Shown: positions 44,557 to 53,519 of the stretch, piece by piece | Layout of the letters: every line of letters begins with the position of its first letter | Numbering within the stretch: position 1 is the first letter of the stretch | Assembly: GCA_947628185.1 (NCBI GenBank) | Contig: CANQYW010000008.1 | Coordinates: forward strand, 3,354-67,353 | Reading direction: 5' to 3' | From: an uncultured Oscillospiraceae bacterium | GTDB lineage: Bacteria > Bacillota > Clostridia > Oscillospirales > Oscillospiraceae | Length of the DNA stretch: 64,000 bases | The notes under the pieces: model-generated | What the model saw: only the letters and a program-made list of their open reading frames with translations | Told to the model about the DNA's origin: nothing | Databases searched by the model: none | Made by a program: the position numbers and the translations under genes

Positions 44557-46173
44557 CTATGCCGCCGCCGCGTCCGCCGGCTCCAAATTGTAGACGCCCG
44601 TGAACTTGGCCTTCCGCTCCGGGCTCAGGTGGTGGCTAACGAGAATGAGCGTGAGCTCCGGGTTCGCAAGTAAACTCTCCTCCACGATCCCGGCGTTCTT
44701 CTGGTCCAGGGCGCTGGTGCCCTCGTCCACCAGGAGGATGGAGCGGTTATGAATCAGCGCCCTGGCGATAGCGACACGTTGCTTTTGTCCACCTGAAAGA
44801 TTGCTGCCGTCCTCCCCCACCGGGGTGTCGAGGCCCTCCGGCATCGCGGCCAGATCCCCCAAGAGCGCGCTGTCCCGCAGGGCCCTCTCCATCTGCTCCT
44901 CGGAGAAGTCCTCCCCCAGGGTGATATTGTCCCGGATGGTGGAATTAAAGAGGAACACGTTCTGCTCGATGTAGCTCATCTGCTGCTGAAGTTCCTCGGC
45001 GGTGAAACCGTGGGCGTCCGCGCCGTCAAATCGAATGGCGCCGCTGTAGTCCGGCAGCCAGCCCAGGAGAAGTTTCAAAAAGGTGGACTTTCCGCAACCG
45101 GAGGGGCCGGTGAGGGCGTACTTGCCGCCCTTTTTGAAGGTGAGGGACAGATCGCGGAGAACGGGTTTCTCGTCATACTGGAAACTGAGGTCCCTCACGG
45201 TGATTGCGCTGGCAAGCTCGGGAAGATTGCCGGTTTCTTCGTCCTGGATACTTTCGCCGTGTTCGGTGATTTTATCAAAGTAGGGCTTTGTGGATGAGAA
45301 GGAGAGTAGGAGCTGGGCCACGTTTCCGAGGCCGCTCGTGAGGCTGCCGCACAGGTTTCCGCCGCCCAACAGCGCCCCTTGCAGGATTACACCCCGGATC
45401 GACAGAACTCCGATCAAGACGTCGAGCAGCATCTGGCAGACGATATTTAAGTAACTCATGCCCGCCACCGCAAAGCCCTTCGCGTAGGCCAAACGGAATT
45501 TTGGTCTCTCGATTTGGTCGCTGGCCGCATTTGTGCCGCGGCTGAACCGCTGTTCCCGGCCAAAGGAGCGCAGAACATCAAAACCCGCCAGTAAATCTTT
45601 GAAGTTACTGGTGGCCGCCGCCTGCTCACGGGTGCAGACACCGCCCAGCTCCTCCATCCGTTTATTAAATAGCTGCGGGACAAACAGCATGATTGCCGCG
45701 TTCACCAGCGCCGCCACCAATAGTGACCAGTGGAGCGTCAGCAGAGCCGCTACGCTGAATACCACAAGCGCCGCATACTCTATACAGTTGAAAAACGGTG
45801 TCCACGCCAGATTCTCCATCTGGTTTACGTCGTTGGTGAACCAGGAGAGGTATTCCCCGGTGTCCAGCTCGTGAAACTCACTGTGGGATTTTCTCAGGAG
45901 TGTAGCCGTCATGTCGCGCCTGACGGCGTTGTTCATCAGGCGGACCGCACGGGCCTCAAAGTAGGTCTCTAATCCGCCCACGGCGATCAAAATCACCCAG
46001 TTCCCCATGAGAGCCAGACACCAAAGGAAGAATTTCCGCAAATCAAGTTCGATTATCCCCTGAAAAACACGCATCATGATCAGACTTGCGAGGGTATTGA
46101 GCGCGGAGTGCACCAGCAGAAAAATGATAGCAAGAGCATTGGCCTTCCAATATTTTCTCAAATAATACGTCAC
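44557..46173 (-). CDS. ABC exporter, fused TMD-NBD half transporter
   Basis: 6-TM N-terminal half, Walker A GPSGCGKST, LSGGQKQR, LLVDEGTSALD. GTG start 1 nt after the XRE stop, with GAGGAGG. Confidence 0.88.
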   Translation of the reverse strand: MTYYLRKYWKANALAIIFLLVHSALNTLASLIMMRVFQGIIELDLRKFFLWCLALMGNWVILIAVGGLETYFEARAVRLMNNAVRRDMTATLLRKSHSEFHELDTGEYLSWFTNDVNQMENLAWTPFFNCIEYAALVVFSVAALLTLHWSLLVAALVNAAIMLFVPQLFNKRMEELGGVCTREQAAATSNFKDLLAGFDVLRSFGREQRFSRGTNAASDQIERPKFRLAYAKGFAVAGMSYLNIVCQMLLDVLIGVLSIRGVILQGALLGGGNLCGSLTSGLGNVAQLLLSFSSTKPYFDKITEHGESIQDEETGNLPELASAITVRDLSFQYDEKPVLRDLSLTFKKGGKYALTGPSGCGKSTFLKLLLGWLPDYSGAIRFDGADAHGFTAEELQQQMSYIEQNVFLFNSTIRDNITLGEDFSEEQMERALRDSALLGDLAAMPEGLDTPVGEDGSNLSGGQKQRVAIARALIHNRSILLVDEGTSALDQKNAGIVEESLLANPELTLILVSHHLSPERKAKFTGVYNLEPADAAAA

Positions 46174-46174
46174 G

Positions 46175-47047
46175 TTAATCCTCCTCGTCTCTCCATTTTT
46201 TGCCCTGTAAAAGGGGTTCGGTCTTCCACATGTATAGATAATTCATCCCTGTCTGCATCAGGCACCGGGCCATGTAGAGGAACGGGACGAGCGGGGCGGG
46301 CTCTGAGAGCCGGTACGCTCTCACCTTTCCCCCCGAGAGCTCGAGGTCCGTGTAGTACACCATCTGCCGTTCCTCCAAGGCGGACAGCAGCGCGTCCACC
46401 GTCTCCCGCGTCATGTTCAACCGGTCCGCCGCCACCTCCGGCACGAAGTAGTCGTTCTCACGGGAGTGCAAATATTCCAGCAGTTCGAGACAGCCCGGTC
46501 TCGCCAGGAGCTCAAAGAGGCGCCGGTACTCGCTTTTCGTCGCAAACCATTGGGCATAGCCGCCCTTCGGCTCGGGCCAGAGGGTGACGAAGGACAAATC
46601 TTCCGCGTGGATATCAAGTATGATCCCTCCGCCTACCCAATACTTGGTGTACATCAGTTGGTCAGTGCCATTCTCCATGTCGGGATGACAGGACTCCAAG
46701 TACTCCATCTTCGGCAAATTGATGCCGTCGTCCCGGAAGTATTTAAGTGACCTCCACACCAGCCGGCAGAACTGATCAAGCCGCTCCTTGGCGGGGAACC
46801 CCCGGAGCCACCGTCCAACAGCCTCCGCCGGGTCCTCCTGCTCCCCGCCCTCCATGCCGAAGAGGGCGTCGATGGTCACGCCAAGCTGCCGGGACAGGAT
46901 CGGCAGCAGCTCAACATCCGGCGTGCCGCCCTTCTCCCACTTGCTCACCGCCTGGGAGGACACACCCACCAGGTTGCCCAACTGCTCCTGGGTGAGTCCG
47001 CGCTCTTTTCGCAGCGCCGCGATCTGTTCACTAAGTTTACTTGCCAT
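46175..47047 (-). CDS. XRE-family transcriptional regulator with ~220-aa uncharacterised C-terminal domain
   Basis: LRKERGLTQEQLGNLVGVSSQAVSKWEKGGTPD HTH_3 N-terminus. Confidence 0.85.
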   Translation of the reverse strand: MASKLSEQIAALRKERGLTQEQLGNLVGVSSQAVSKWEKGGTPDVELLPILSRQLGVTIDALFGMEGGEQEDPAEAVGRWLRGFPAKERLDQFCRLVWRSLKYFRDDGINLPKMEYLESCHPDMENGTDQLMYTKYWVGGGIILDIHAEDLSFVTLWPEPKGGYAQWFATKSEYRRLFELLARPGCLELLEYLHSRENDYFVPEVAADRLNMTRETVDALLSALEERQMVYYTDLELSGGKVRAYRLSEPAPLVPFLYMARCLMQTGMNYLYMWKTEPLLQGKKWRDEED

Positions 47048-47080
47048 TCAAAGCACCGTCCTTTTTTGTTTTCTGGTTGA

Positions 47081-47148
47081 ATTATACTAAAAATGGCGGT
47101 TGAGTTCAACGGAGGCGCTTTTGCGTGTTTTCAACCGGCGGTTGAGTT
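47081..47148 (-). promoter_or_regulatory. Consensus promoter of the XRE-ABC operon flanked by GGTTGA/TCAACC palindromes
   Basis: Minus strand TTGAAC (47109-47104), 17 nt, TATAAT (47086-47081). GGCGGTTGAGTT is repeated at 47095-47106 and 47137-47148. Confidence 0.6.
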
Positions 47149-47151
47149 TTG

Positions 47152-49017
47152 TCACTGTTCATTGTAGTACTGGGCCTGGGCGGTCCAGAGCTCGTGGTAT
47201 TTGCCGGACTCATTGGCCAGCAGCTCCTCGTGGGAACCCCTCTCCACTATTCTCCCCTCATGGAACACCACGATCTCGTCACAGAACTTGCAGGAGGAGA
47301 GGCGGTGGGAGATGTAGATGGCCGTCTTGTCGCCGGCTATGCCGTCGAATTTACTGTAAATCTCCGCCTCCGCTATGGGGTCCAGGGCCGCGGTGGGCTC
47401 GTCGAGGATTATAAAGGGGGCGTTCTTATATAGGGCCCGGGCGATGGCTATCTTCTGGGCCTCGCCGCCGGATATCTCCACGCCGTCCTCCGTGAAATCC
47501 TTATAGAGCTGTGTGTCGAGGCCCAGGGGCATCGTCTCCAGGCGCTCGCCAAAGCCCGCGTCTATGAGGGCCCGGCGAACCCGCTCCCTGTCGTACTCCG
47601 TGCCGCCCGCCACGTTCGCGCCCAGGGGCTGGGAGATGAGCTGGAAGTCCTGGAACACGACGGAGAAAATGTTCATGTAGTCGTCGTACCGGTATTTGCG
47701 GATATCAATGCCGTTTAGCAGGATCTGCCCCTCCTGGGGGTCGTAGAGGCGGCACAGGAGTTTTATGAAGGTGCTCTTGCCGCTGCCGTTCTCCCCCACG
47801 ATGGCAAGCCTCCGGCCCACGCGGAACTTAATGCTCACGTCCCTCAGCGCCCAGTTCTCGGAGCCGGGATATTTAAATGAGACGTTCCGAAATTCCACCT
47901 GGTAGTTCCTATCCGAGCGTTTCTCCGTGGTAAGGCTCCCCTGGTACATAGCGTTGGGGATATCCAGGAACTTGAAGGTGGTGTCGAGGTACGCGCTGTT
48001 TGCCCTTATGTCCCCGAAAAAGCTCACCAGCTCAAATATGCTCCCCGCCATGGCGGTGGCGGCCCCCACGTACTGGGTGACGCTGCCCACGTCGAAAGCC
48101 CCAGCCCAGGCCTTGAGGCACGTGAACACGTAGACGCAGCCGGTTATAAGAACGGTTATCCCCGTGCCCAGGCCGCTAAACAGCCCCATGGGGCCCCGGG
48201 CGTACCGGGCGAGGAGGCCATCGACGCCGAAACTACTGTTCTTCTCCCAATAGGCGCTCACGAGCCGCTCCTGGCTGTAGATACGCACGTCCGCCGCCCG
48301 GTGTTTCTGCAAGCCGAAAAAGCCGAAGAAACTAAATAGCCGGTTGCCCAAGGTGGCGTCACTGGCGGCGCTGCTCCAATATGAGACGGACTTTGCGCTG
48401 CAAAAGCCCGCAAGCAAACTCACCAGCACCATGGCCGAGGCGAGTAGAAGTATAAATATGGGGCTATTTAGCGCCGTGAGGCCCCCGGCGGACTCGGGAA
48501 CCGGCGAGGTAAATAGGCTCACCGTCAGGGCGGCGCCGCCGGCGAGCCCTATGAGGCTCCTCAGACCCTCCTCAAGCATCGCGGGGACGTCCATGAGCCC
48601 CCAGGAGGACCAGGTCTCATTCTGGCGGATCTTATTTCGGAGGTCCAGGGTCTGCTGACTGTCCATGTCGGCGTAGTCGAGGGAGAACATCTTCCGGGCG
48701 AAGATTATCTCCTTCCGGCCGTAGAGGTCGTCAAGCAGCGTCTCCTTGCGCTCATAGAGCACCATCTTTAAAACGGCGAAGATGCCGGTACATAGAACGC
48801 CCGCGATGACCCACCGCCAAAGAGCCTCGGGCCTGCGGCCCGTGGCCAGCTCACTGAGGAGCCGGGCGGAGAAGAACACGGCCACATATGGGGTGAGCGC
48901 GTCCACCGCGCAGAACGCGGCGAGCGTCGGGAAGAATTTTCGGCTCACCCCGCCCAGGAGTTTTACCGCCCTTACGGTAACCGCCACGGCGTGGGACAAT
49001 TTGGCTTTATTTTCCAT
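47152..49017 (-). CDS. ABC exporter, fused TMD-NBD (heterodimer partner B)
   Basis: Walker A GENGSGKST, ISGGEAQK, ILDEPTAALD. ATG 49017 lies 2 nt after the upstream stop. Confidence 0.9.
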   Translation of the reverse strand: MENKAKLSHAVAVTVRAVKLLGGVSRKFFPTLAAFCAVDALTPYVAVFFSARLLSELATGRRPEALWRWVIAGVLCTGIFAVLKMVLYERKETLLDDLYGRKEIIFARKMFSLDYADMDSQQTLDLRNKIRQNETWSSWGLMDVPAMLEEGLRSLIGLAGGAALTVSLFTSPVPESAGGLTALNSPIFILLLASAMVLVSLLAGFCSAKSVSYWSSAASDATLGNRLFSFFGFFGLQKHRAADVRIYSQERLVSAYWEKNSSFGVDGLLARYARGPMGLFSGLGTGITVLITGCVYVFTCLKAWAGAFDVGSVTQYVGAATAMAGSIFELVSFFGDIRANSAYLDTTFKFLDIPNAMYQGSLTTEKRSDRNYQVEFRNVSFKYPGSENWALRDVSIKFRVGRRLAIVGENGSGKSTFIKLLCRLYDPQEGQILLNGIDIRKYRYDDYMNIFSVVFQDFQLISQPLGANVAGGTEYDRERVRRALIDAGFGERLETMPLGLDTQLYKDFTEDGVEISGGEAQKIAIARALYKNAPFIILDEPTAALDPIAEAEIYSKFDGIAGDKTAIYISHRLSSCKFCDEIVVFHEGRIVERGSHEELLANESGKYHELWTAQAQYYNEQ

Positions 49018-49019
49018 AT

Positions 49020-50828
49020 TCAAAACTCCTTTCCCTCCTGATAGTAGCGGCTCTGGACCTCGAAGAGTTTCGCGTACTGGCCGCCCAGCGCCAATAGGCT
49101 CTCGTGGGTGCCCTCCTCGGCTATGTGCCCGTCAGCCACAAATATTATCCTGTCGCAAAAGCGCGTGGACGCCAACCTGTGGGAGATGAACACCGAGGTC
49201 TTCCCCTCCGTCATATCGTTATACTTCATGTAGATGTCGTTCTCCGCGATGGGATCCAGGGCCGCTGTGGGCTCATCGAGCAGGAGAATGGGGGCGTCCT
49301 TGTAGAGCGCCCGGGCCAGCATGAGCCGCTGGGTCTGTCCGCCGGAGAAGAGAGCTCCGTCAAGATATACCTCCCGGCCCACGTGGGTCTCAAGGCCGTT
49401 TGGCAGCTCCTCAATGGTCTTTGTGAGGCCGGCCTCCTCCACCGCGGCCCGGACCTTATCGTAGTCGATGTCACGACTCGTCTGGGCGATGTTCTCCGCC
49501 ACGGTCACATTTAATATGGAGAACTCCTGGAATACGGCGCTAAAGAGTCCGTAGTACTCACGCCTATTGAATTTCCGGATGTCCCGGCCATTTAAGAGCA
49601 CCCGCCCCTCGGTGGGGTCAAAGAGCCCGCATAGGAGCCGCACCAATGTGGTCTTCCCTGCGCCGTTTAGGCCCACCACCGCCAATTTCTCGCCGGGACT
49701 CACGGTGAGGTCAAGGCTGTGTATGGTGTCCTCCTCCGCCTCGGGGTAGCGGAAGGAGACGTTCTCCAGCCGCAGTTCGTAACTCTGGGCCCTGGGCACC
49801 GGCTCCCCCTCCTCAAATTTGAAGGGCTCCGGGTACTCGATAAACTCCCGGACCTGGGAGATGTCCAGGCTCTGCTGGTGGAGTTTCACCGTCTGCTGGA
49901 GTATCCCCATGACCCAGGTGGTGAAGGTGGTGACGGCTGTGAAGTAGAGTAGGAATTCCGGCACTCCCAGCCCCTCCCGCAGCGCCATGCGGATAAGGTA
50001 CACGTAGGCGATGCCGTTCCGAGCCGCCGTCAGCAGTGCCTCGGTGATGTCCGCCAGCAGCCGGACGCGCTCCACCTTCAGCCGAAAGTCGAGGTACACG
50101 TCGTGGACGTTCTTCAGTAGCTCGTTCATCCAGTTCTGTAGTCCGAAGATGCGGATATCCTTCGCAAGCTCCAGGGACTCCGCCTTCCCGCGGATGTACT
50201 GTTTCTTCGCGTAGTAGACGTCCTCCGCCTCCCGGTGGGCGAACACCCAGTTGTTGCTGTGAAGGGACGCCAAAAAACCGATGACGCAGGTGACGGCCAC
50301 CACGGCCAGCAGAGTCCAGTCAAGGCGGGAGAGGATCGTGAGGTATATGACGAGACCCCCGATATTCTGGATGAGCAGAGTGAGCGTCTGCCAGATGAGC
50401 TCCGTGGCCTCCCGGTTGCCCTCGCAGGCCATATGGGCCTTCTCCCGGAGCTTTATGAAATTAGCGTCCAGGGTGTTTGGGAAGGAGGTGGTGTTGCTCT
50501 TTACATTTACCTTCGCGATCACCGCGCTGCGCACGTCCACCCGGGGGAACATGGTGTTCTCCTCAAGGTAGCTCTTGAGCCCCTGGATGAGGAAGAGTAC
50601 GGCGGTGAAAAATCCTATGGTCCCCAGGAGCGACCCCAGGGAGGCGCGGCTCTCCACCCGGCTCAAGATCTCCGGGGCCACGTATAGCTGGGCCAGGTTA
50701 TAGGCGATCTCCAGCCCCGCCGTCACAAAGCAGAACACCAGCACCCGTTTTCGCACGCGCCAGGCGATCTTCGCCATCCAGCCCACGTTACTGACGATAC
50801 CGTATTTCGGTCTTGTTTTTTCTTTCAT
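49020..50828 (-). CDS. ABC exporter, fused TMD-NBD (heterodimer partner A)
   Basis: Walker A GLNGAGKTT, FSGGQTQR, LLDEPTAALD, RBS GAGGTGAG. Confidence 0.9.
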   Translation of the reverse strand: MKEKTRPKYGIVSNVGWMAKIAWRVRKRVLVFCFVTAGLEIAYNLAQLYVAPEILSRVESRASLGSLLGTIGFFTAVLFLIQGLKSYLEENTMFPRVDVRSAVIAKVNVKSNTTSFPNTLDANFIKLREKAHMACEGNREATELIWQTLTLLIQNIGGLVIYLTILSRLDWTLLAVVAVTCVIGFLASLHSNNWVFAHREAEDVYYAKKQYIRGKAESLELAKDIRIFGLQNWMNELLKNVHDVYLDFRLKVERVRLLADITEALLTAARNGIAYVYLIRMALREGLGVPEFLLYFTAVTTFTTWVMGILQQTVKLHQQSLDISQVREFIEYPEPFKFEEGEPVPRAQSYELRLENVSFRYPEAEEDTIHSLDLTVSPGEKLAVVGLNGAGKTTLVRLLCGLFDPTEGRVLLNGRDIRKFNRREYYGLFSAVFQEFSILNVTVAENIAQTSRDIDYDKVRAAVEEAGLTKTIEELPNGLETHVGREVYLDGALFSGGQTQRLMLARALYKDAPILLLDEPTAALDPIAENDIYMKYNDMTEGKTSVFISHRLASTRFCDRIIFVADGHIAEEGTHESLLALGGQYAKLFEVQSRYYQEGKEF

Positions 50829-50857
50829 TATGTCTCACCTCTTGAGGATACTCTACC

Positions 50858-50893
50858 ACAAAAAGTCGTCCCCAGGGCGTTCTGGGGACGAAC
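50858..50893 (-). terminator. Hairpin plus U-run between the kinase gene and the ABC genes
   Basis: TCGTCCCCAG / CTGGGGACGA 10-bp stem. On the minus strand it is followed by TTTTTG, about 30 nt before the ABC RBS. Confidence 0.6.
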
Positions 50894-50922
50894 TGTCATT
50901 TTTGGGTGACGAATCGCAAAGC

Positions 50923-51585
50923 TCACACCTGCGGGAGAAGGATCTCCGTCGTAAAAGCCCCGTCCTCGCTGTTGCGGCTTATGTATCCGCCCAGGCGCTC
51001 CACGATGGCGTCAATGCGGACGAGCCCGAACCCGTGGCCCTCGCCCTTTGTACTGCGAAAGAGCGCCCCCTCCTTCTTCATCTTCTTCCCGGCGGTGAAG
51101 TTTGTGAAGGAGATGTAGAGCTGGGTGTTCTTCATGTCCATGTATACGCGGATGAGGCGCTGGTCCTCCGGCAGTTTCACGCTCGCCTCGATGGCGTTAT
51201 CAAATAGATTACCTATTATGCAGCATAGATCTATCTCCGAGGAGCTGAGCCGCACGGGGATCTGGGCGTCCACCACCACCGCGATCCCCTTCGATTTCGC
51301 GAGGGAGATCTTTGAGTTTAGTATGGCGTCCGTCATGGGGTTGCCGGTCTTTATAGATGTGTCCACAGTGGTCAGGTCCTCGTCCAGAAGGTCGAGATAG
51401 TGCTCAATGGCCGCCCAGTCGCCGGCGGCGGCATAAGCCTTCATCGTCTGGATGTGGTTGCGGTAGTCGTGCCGCCAGCCGCGGATCTGACGGTACATGT
51501 TGTCCACCTCCCGGTAGTGGGTCTCAATGAGCTCCCGCTGGTAGGAGGCTATGCGGTCGTCTATGAGTCTTGAAAATAGTCCCAT
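50923..51585 (-). CDS. GHKL histidine kinase of the AgrC/LytS (HPK10) type lacking any membrane sensor domain
   Basis: 220 aa. H-box WRHDYRNHIQ, N-box IGNLFDNAIEA, G-box GEGHGFGL. No hydrophobic N-terminal segments. Confidence 0.8.
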   Translation of the reverse strand: MGLFSRLIDDRIASYQRELIETHYREVDNMYRQIRGWRHDYRNHIQTMKAYAAAGDWAAIEHYLDLLDEDLTTVDTSIKTGNPMTDAILNSKISLAKSKGIAVVVDAQIPVRLSSSEIDLCCIIGNLFDNAIEASVKLPEDQRLIRVYMDMKNTQLYISFTNFTAGKKMKKEGALFRSTKGEGHGFGLVRIDAIVERLGGYISRNSEDGAFTTEILLPQV

Positions 51586-51589
51586 GTCC

Positions 51590-52288
51590 TCACCCCATAT
51601 CTATTATCGCCCGATTGATCCCCTCGTAGGCGCCTCTGGGGATGGGTACCGATGTGCCGTCGGAGAGTCTCACCTCGGTCCGCGTCACGCGGCTCACCAA
51701 CGCGAGATTTATGATGGCGGAGCGCCCCACGCGGTAAAAGTGCCCGTCGAGCCTCCCCTCCAGCTCCCCCAGAGTCATCTTCACGGTGACGTCGGTCTTA
51801 GCGTGTATGGTGACGTAATTTCCCAGGACGTCGGCGTACCTTATCTCGTGGACCGGCACGCGCACCATCTCGCCGCCCACCTCAAAGCTCAGGACTCTCC
51901 CGTTCCGGGAAACCCTCTCCGCCGCCCGGTCGAGGACGGAGCGGAGCTTATCAGCGTTTACTGGTTTCATGAGGTAGTGCAGGGCCTCCACCTCGTACCC
52001 CTCGGAGATGTAGTCCGAGTACCCGGTTATGAAGATTATCTGGAGGGTCCTGTTGTCCCTCCGCAGTTCCTTCGCCATGGATACGCCGTCCATGGCGCCC
52101 ATCTCGATATCCAGCAGGAGAATGTCGTAGTCGCTCCTCTCCGCGTAGTGAAAGAGGAAACTCTCCGCGGATTCAAAGGCGGATAACCTGGCGGTGTGGC
52201 CCGCCTCCCGGGCCCACCGGGCCGCCAGGTCCGCTATATACTGCCTGTCCGCCTCGGAATCGTCGCAGACGGCTATTTTTAGATCCAT
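51590..52288 (-). CDS. LytTR-family response regulator
   Basis: Receiver domain (MDLKIAVCDD...LLLDIEMG) plus a LytTR DNA-binding C-terminus. I prefer ATG 52288. Promoter TTGAGA-17-TATAGT lies upstream. Confidence 0.88.
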   Translation of the reverse strand: MDLKIAVCDDSEADRQYIADLAARWAREAGHTARLSAFESAESFLFHYAERSDYDILLLDIEMGAMDGVSMAKELRRDNRTLQIIFITGYSDYISEGYEVEALHYLMKPVNADKLRSVLDRAAERVSRNGRVLSFEVGGEMVRVPVHEIRYADVLGNYVTIHAKTDVTVKMTLGELEGRLDGHFYRVGRSAIINLALVSRVTRTEVRLSDGTSVPIPRGAYEGINRAIIDMG

Positions 52289-52476
52289 CTCAAAACTCAC
52301 CGGCCCCGATAATTTTTTCAATATACGCTAAAACTATATCACAAGGCGGCGTCCATCTCAAGTTTTTTTAAGTTTAATGTCCTCGCCCCCGGCGCTCAAA
52401 AATTGCTTGCATTTTGCGGGATGTATAGTATGATAGACTTATGTTGCGCCGCGGTACGGCGATATTTGGAGGACAG

Positions 52477-53364
52477 ATGGATCTTTGCAATATAAATGAT
52501 ATAAACTCCCTGCTCTCCCGCCACGGGTTTCGTTTCTCAAAGTCGATGGGGCAGAATTTCCTCGTTAGCCGGTGGGTGCCGGAGAGGATCGCGGCGGAGT
52601 CCGGGGCGGACGGGGGCTCCGGCGTCTTGGAGATAGGGCCCGGAGTGGGCTGCCTCACAAGGGAGCTTGCAAAGCGCGCCGGGAAGGTGGTGTGCGTGGA
52701 GCTCGATAGGCGTCTCATACCCTTACTCGGCGAAACTCTCGAAGGTTTCGATAATGTGTCGGTCATCGAGGGGGACATTTTGAAGGCCGACTTAGGCTCC
52801 ATAGTCCGGGAATATTTCCCCGGCCTCGCGCCCTCGGTCTGCGCGAATCTCCCCTACAACATAACCTCCCCCGTGCTCTCAAAGCTCCTGAGTTCCGGGC
52901 TCTTCGGGACTATCACCGTCATGGTCCAGCGGGAGGTGGCACTCAGGATGGCGGCAGCGCCCGGCACGGCGGATTACGGGGCCTTCACGCTCCTCGTAAA
53001 TTACTACGCCCGGCCGGAGATACTATTTGACGTGCCGCCCGAGTCATTCCTCCCGAGGCCCAAGGTGACAAGCTCGGTGATACGGCTCCGGTGCGGCGTC
53101 TCCCACCCGGAGGTGACGGACGAGGAGCTCTTTTTCAAAGTCGTCCGGGCGGCATTTAACCAGCGGAGAAAGACTCTGGCAAATTCCCTCTACTCCGGCC
53201 TCGGGGGCCTTGCGGGGAAGGAGGAGATATCCGCGGCCATAGAGAGCGCCGGGCTCTCCCCCGCCCTCCGGGGCGAGACGCTGGGGCTCCATGAGTTCGC
53301 CGCCCTCACAAATGCCCTCGCCGCATATGATGGCCCTCACGCCCCCAGTGTACGCCACATATAG
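52477..53364 (+). CDS. rsmA: 16S rRNA (adenine1518/1519-N6)-dimethyltransferase
   Basis: KSMGQNFL...LEIGPGVGCLT SAM motifs. ATG 52477 follows GGAGGACAG. Confidence 0.9.
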   Translation: MDLCNINDINSLLSRHGFRFSKSMGQNFLVSRWVPERIAAESGADGGSGVLEIGPGVGCLTRELAKRAGKVVCVELDRRLIPLLGETLEGFDNVSVIEGDILKADLGSIVREYFPGLAPSVCANLPYNITSPVLSKLLSSGLFGTITVMVQREVALRMAAAPGTADYGAFTLLVNYYARPEILFDVPPESFLPRPKVTSSVIRLRCGVSHPEVTDEELFFKVVRAAFNQRRKTLANSLYSGLGGLAGKEEISAAIESAGLSPALRGETLGLHEFAALTNALAAYDGPHAPSVRHI

Positions 53365-53519
53365 TGGTCCCAGATCCTTTTGTAATAGGAATCAATAAAA
53401 ATTTGCCCGGTGACCTGATAATTTTTTGTCAAAGATGATGTTGAAAAAATGTAGGTTTTTGTAGTAGAATGATATTCAGCAGAGTTTGGATTTTCAACCA
53501 TCTAAGGAGGTAATTCCAC

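Noticed and set aside
52374-52802. 142-aa minus-strand ORF overlapping the rsmA 5' region.
   Set aside because: It overlaps a well-supported rsmA reading frame, and it has no RBS and no recognisable motifs.
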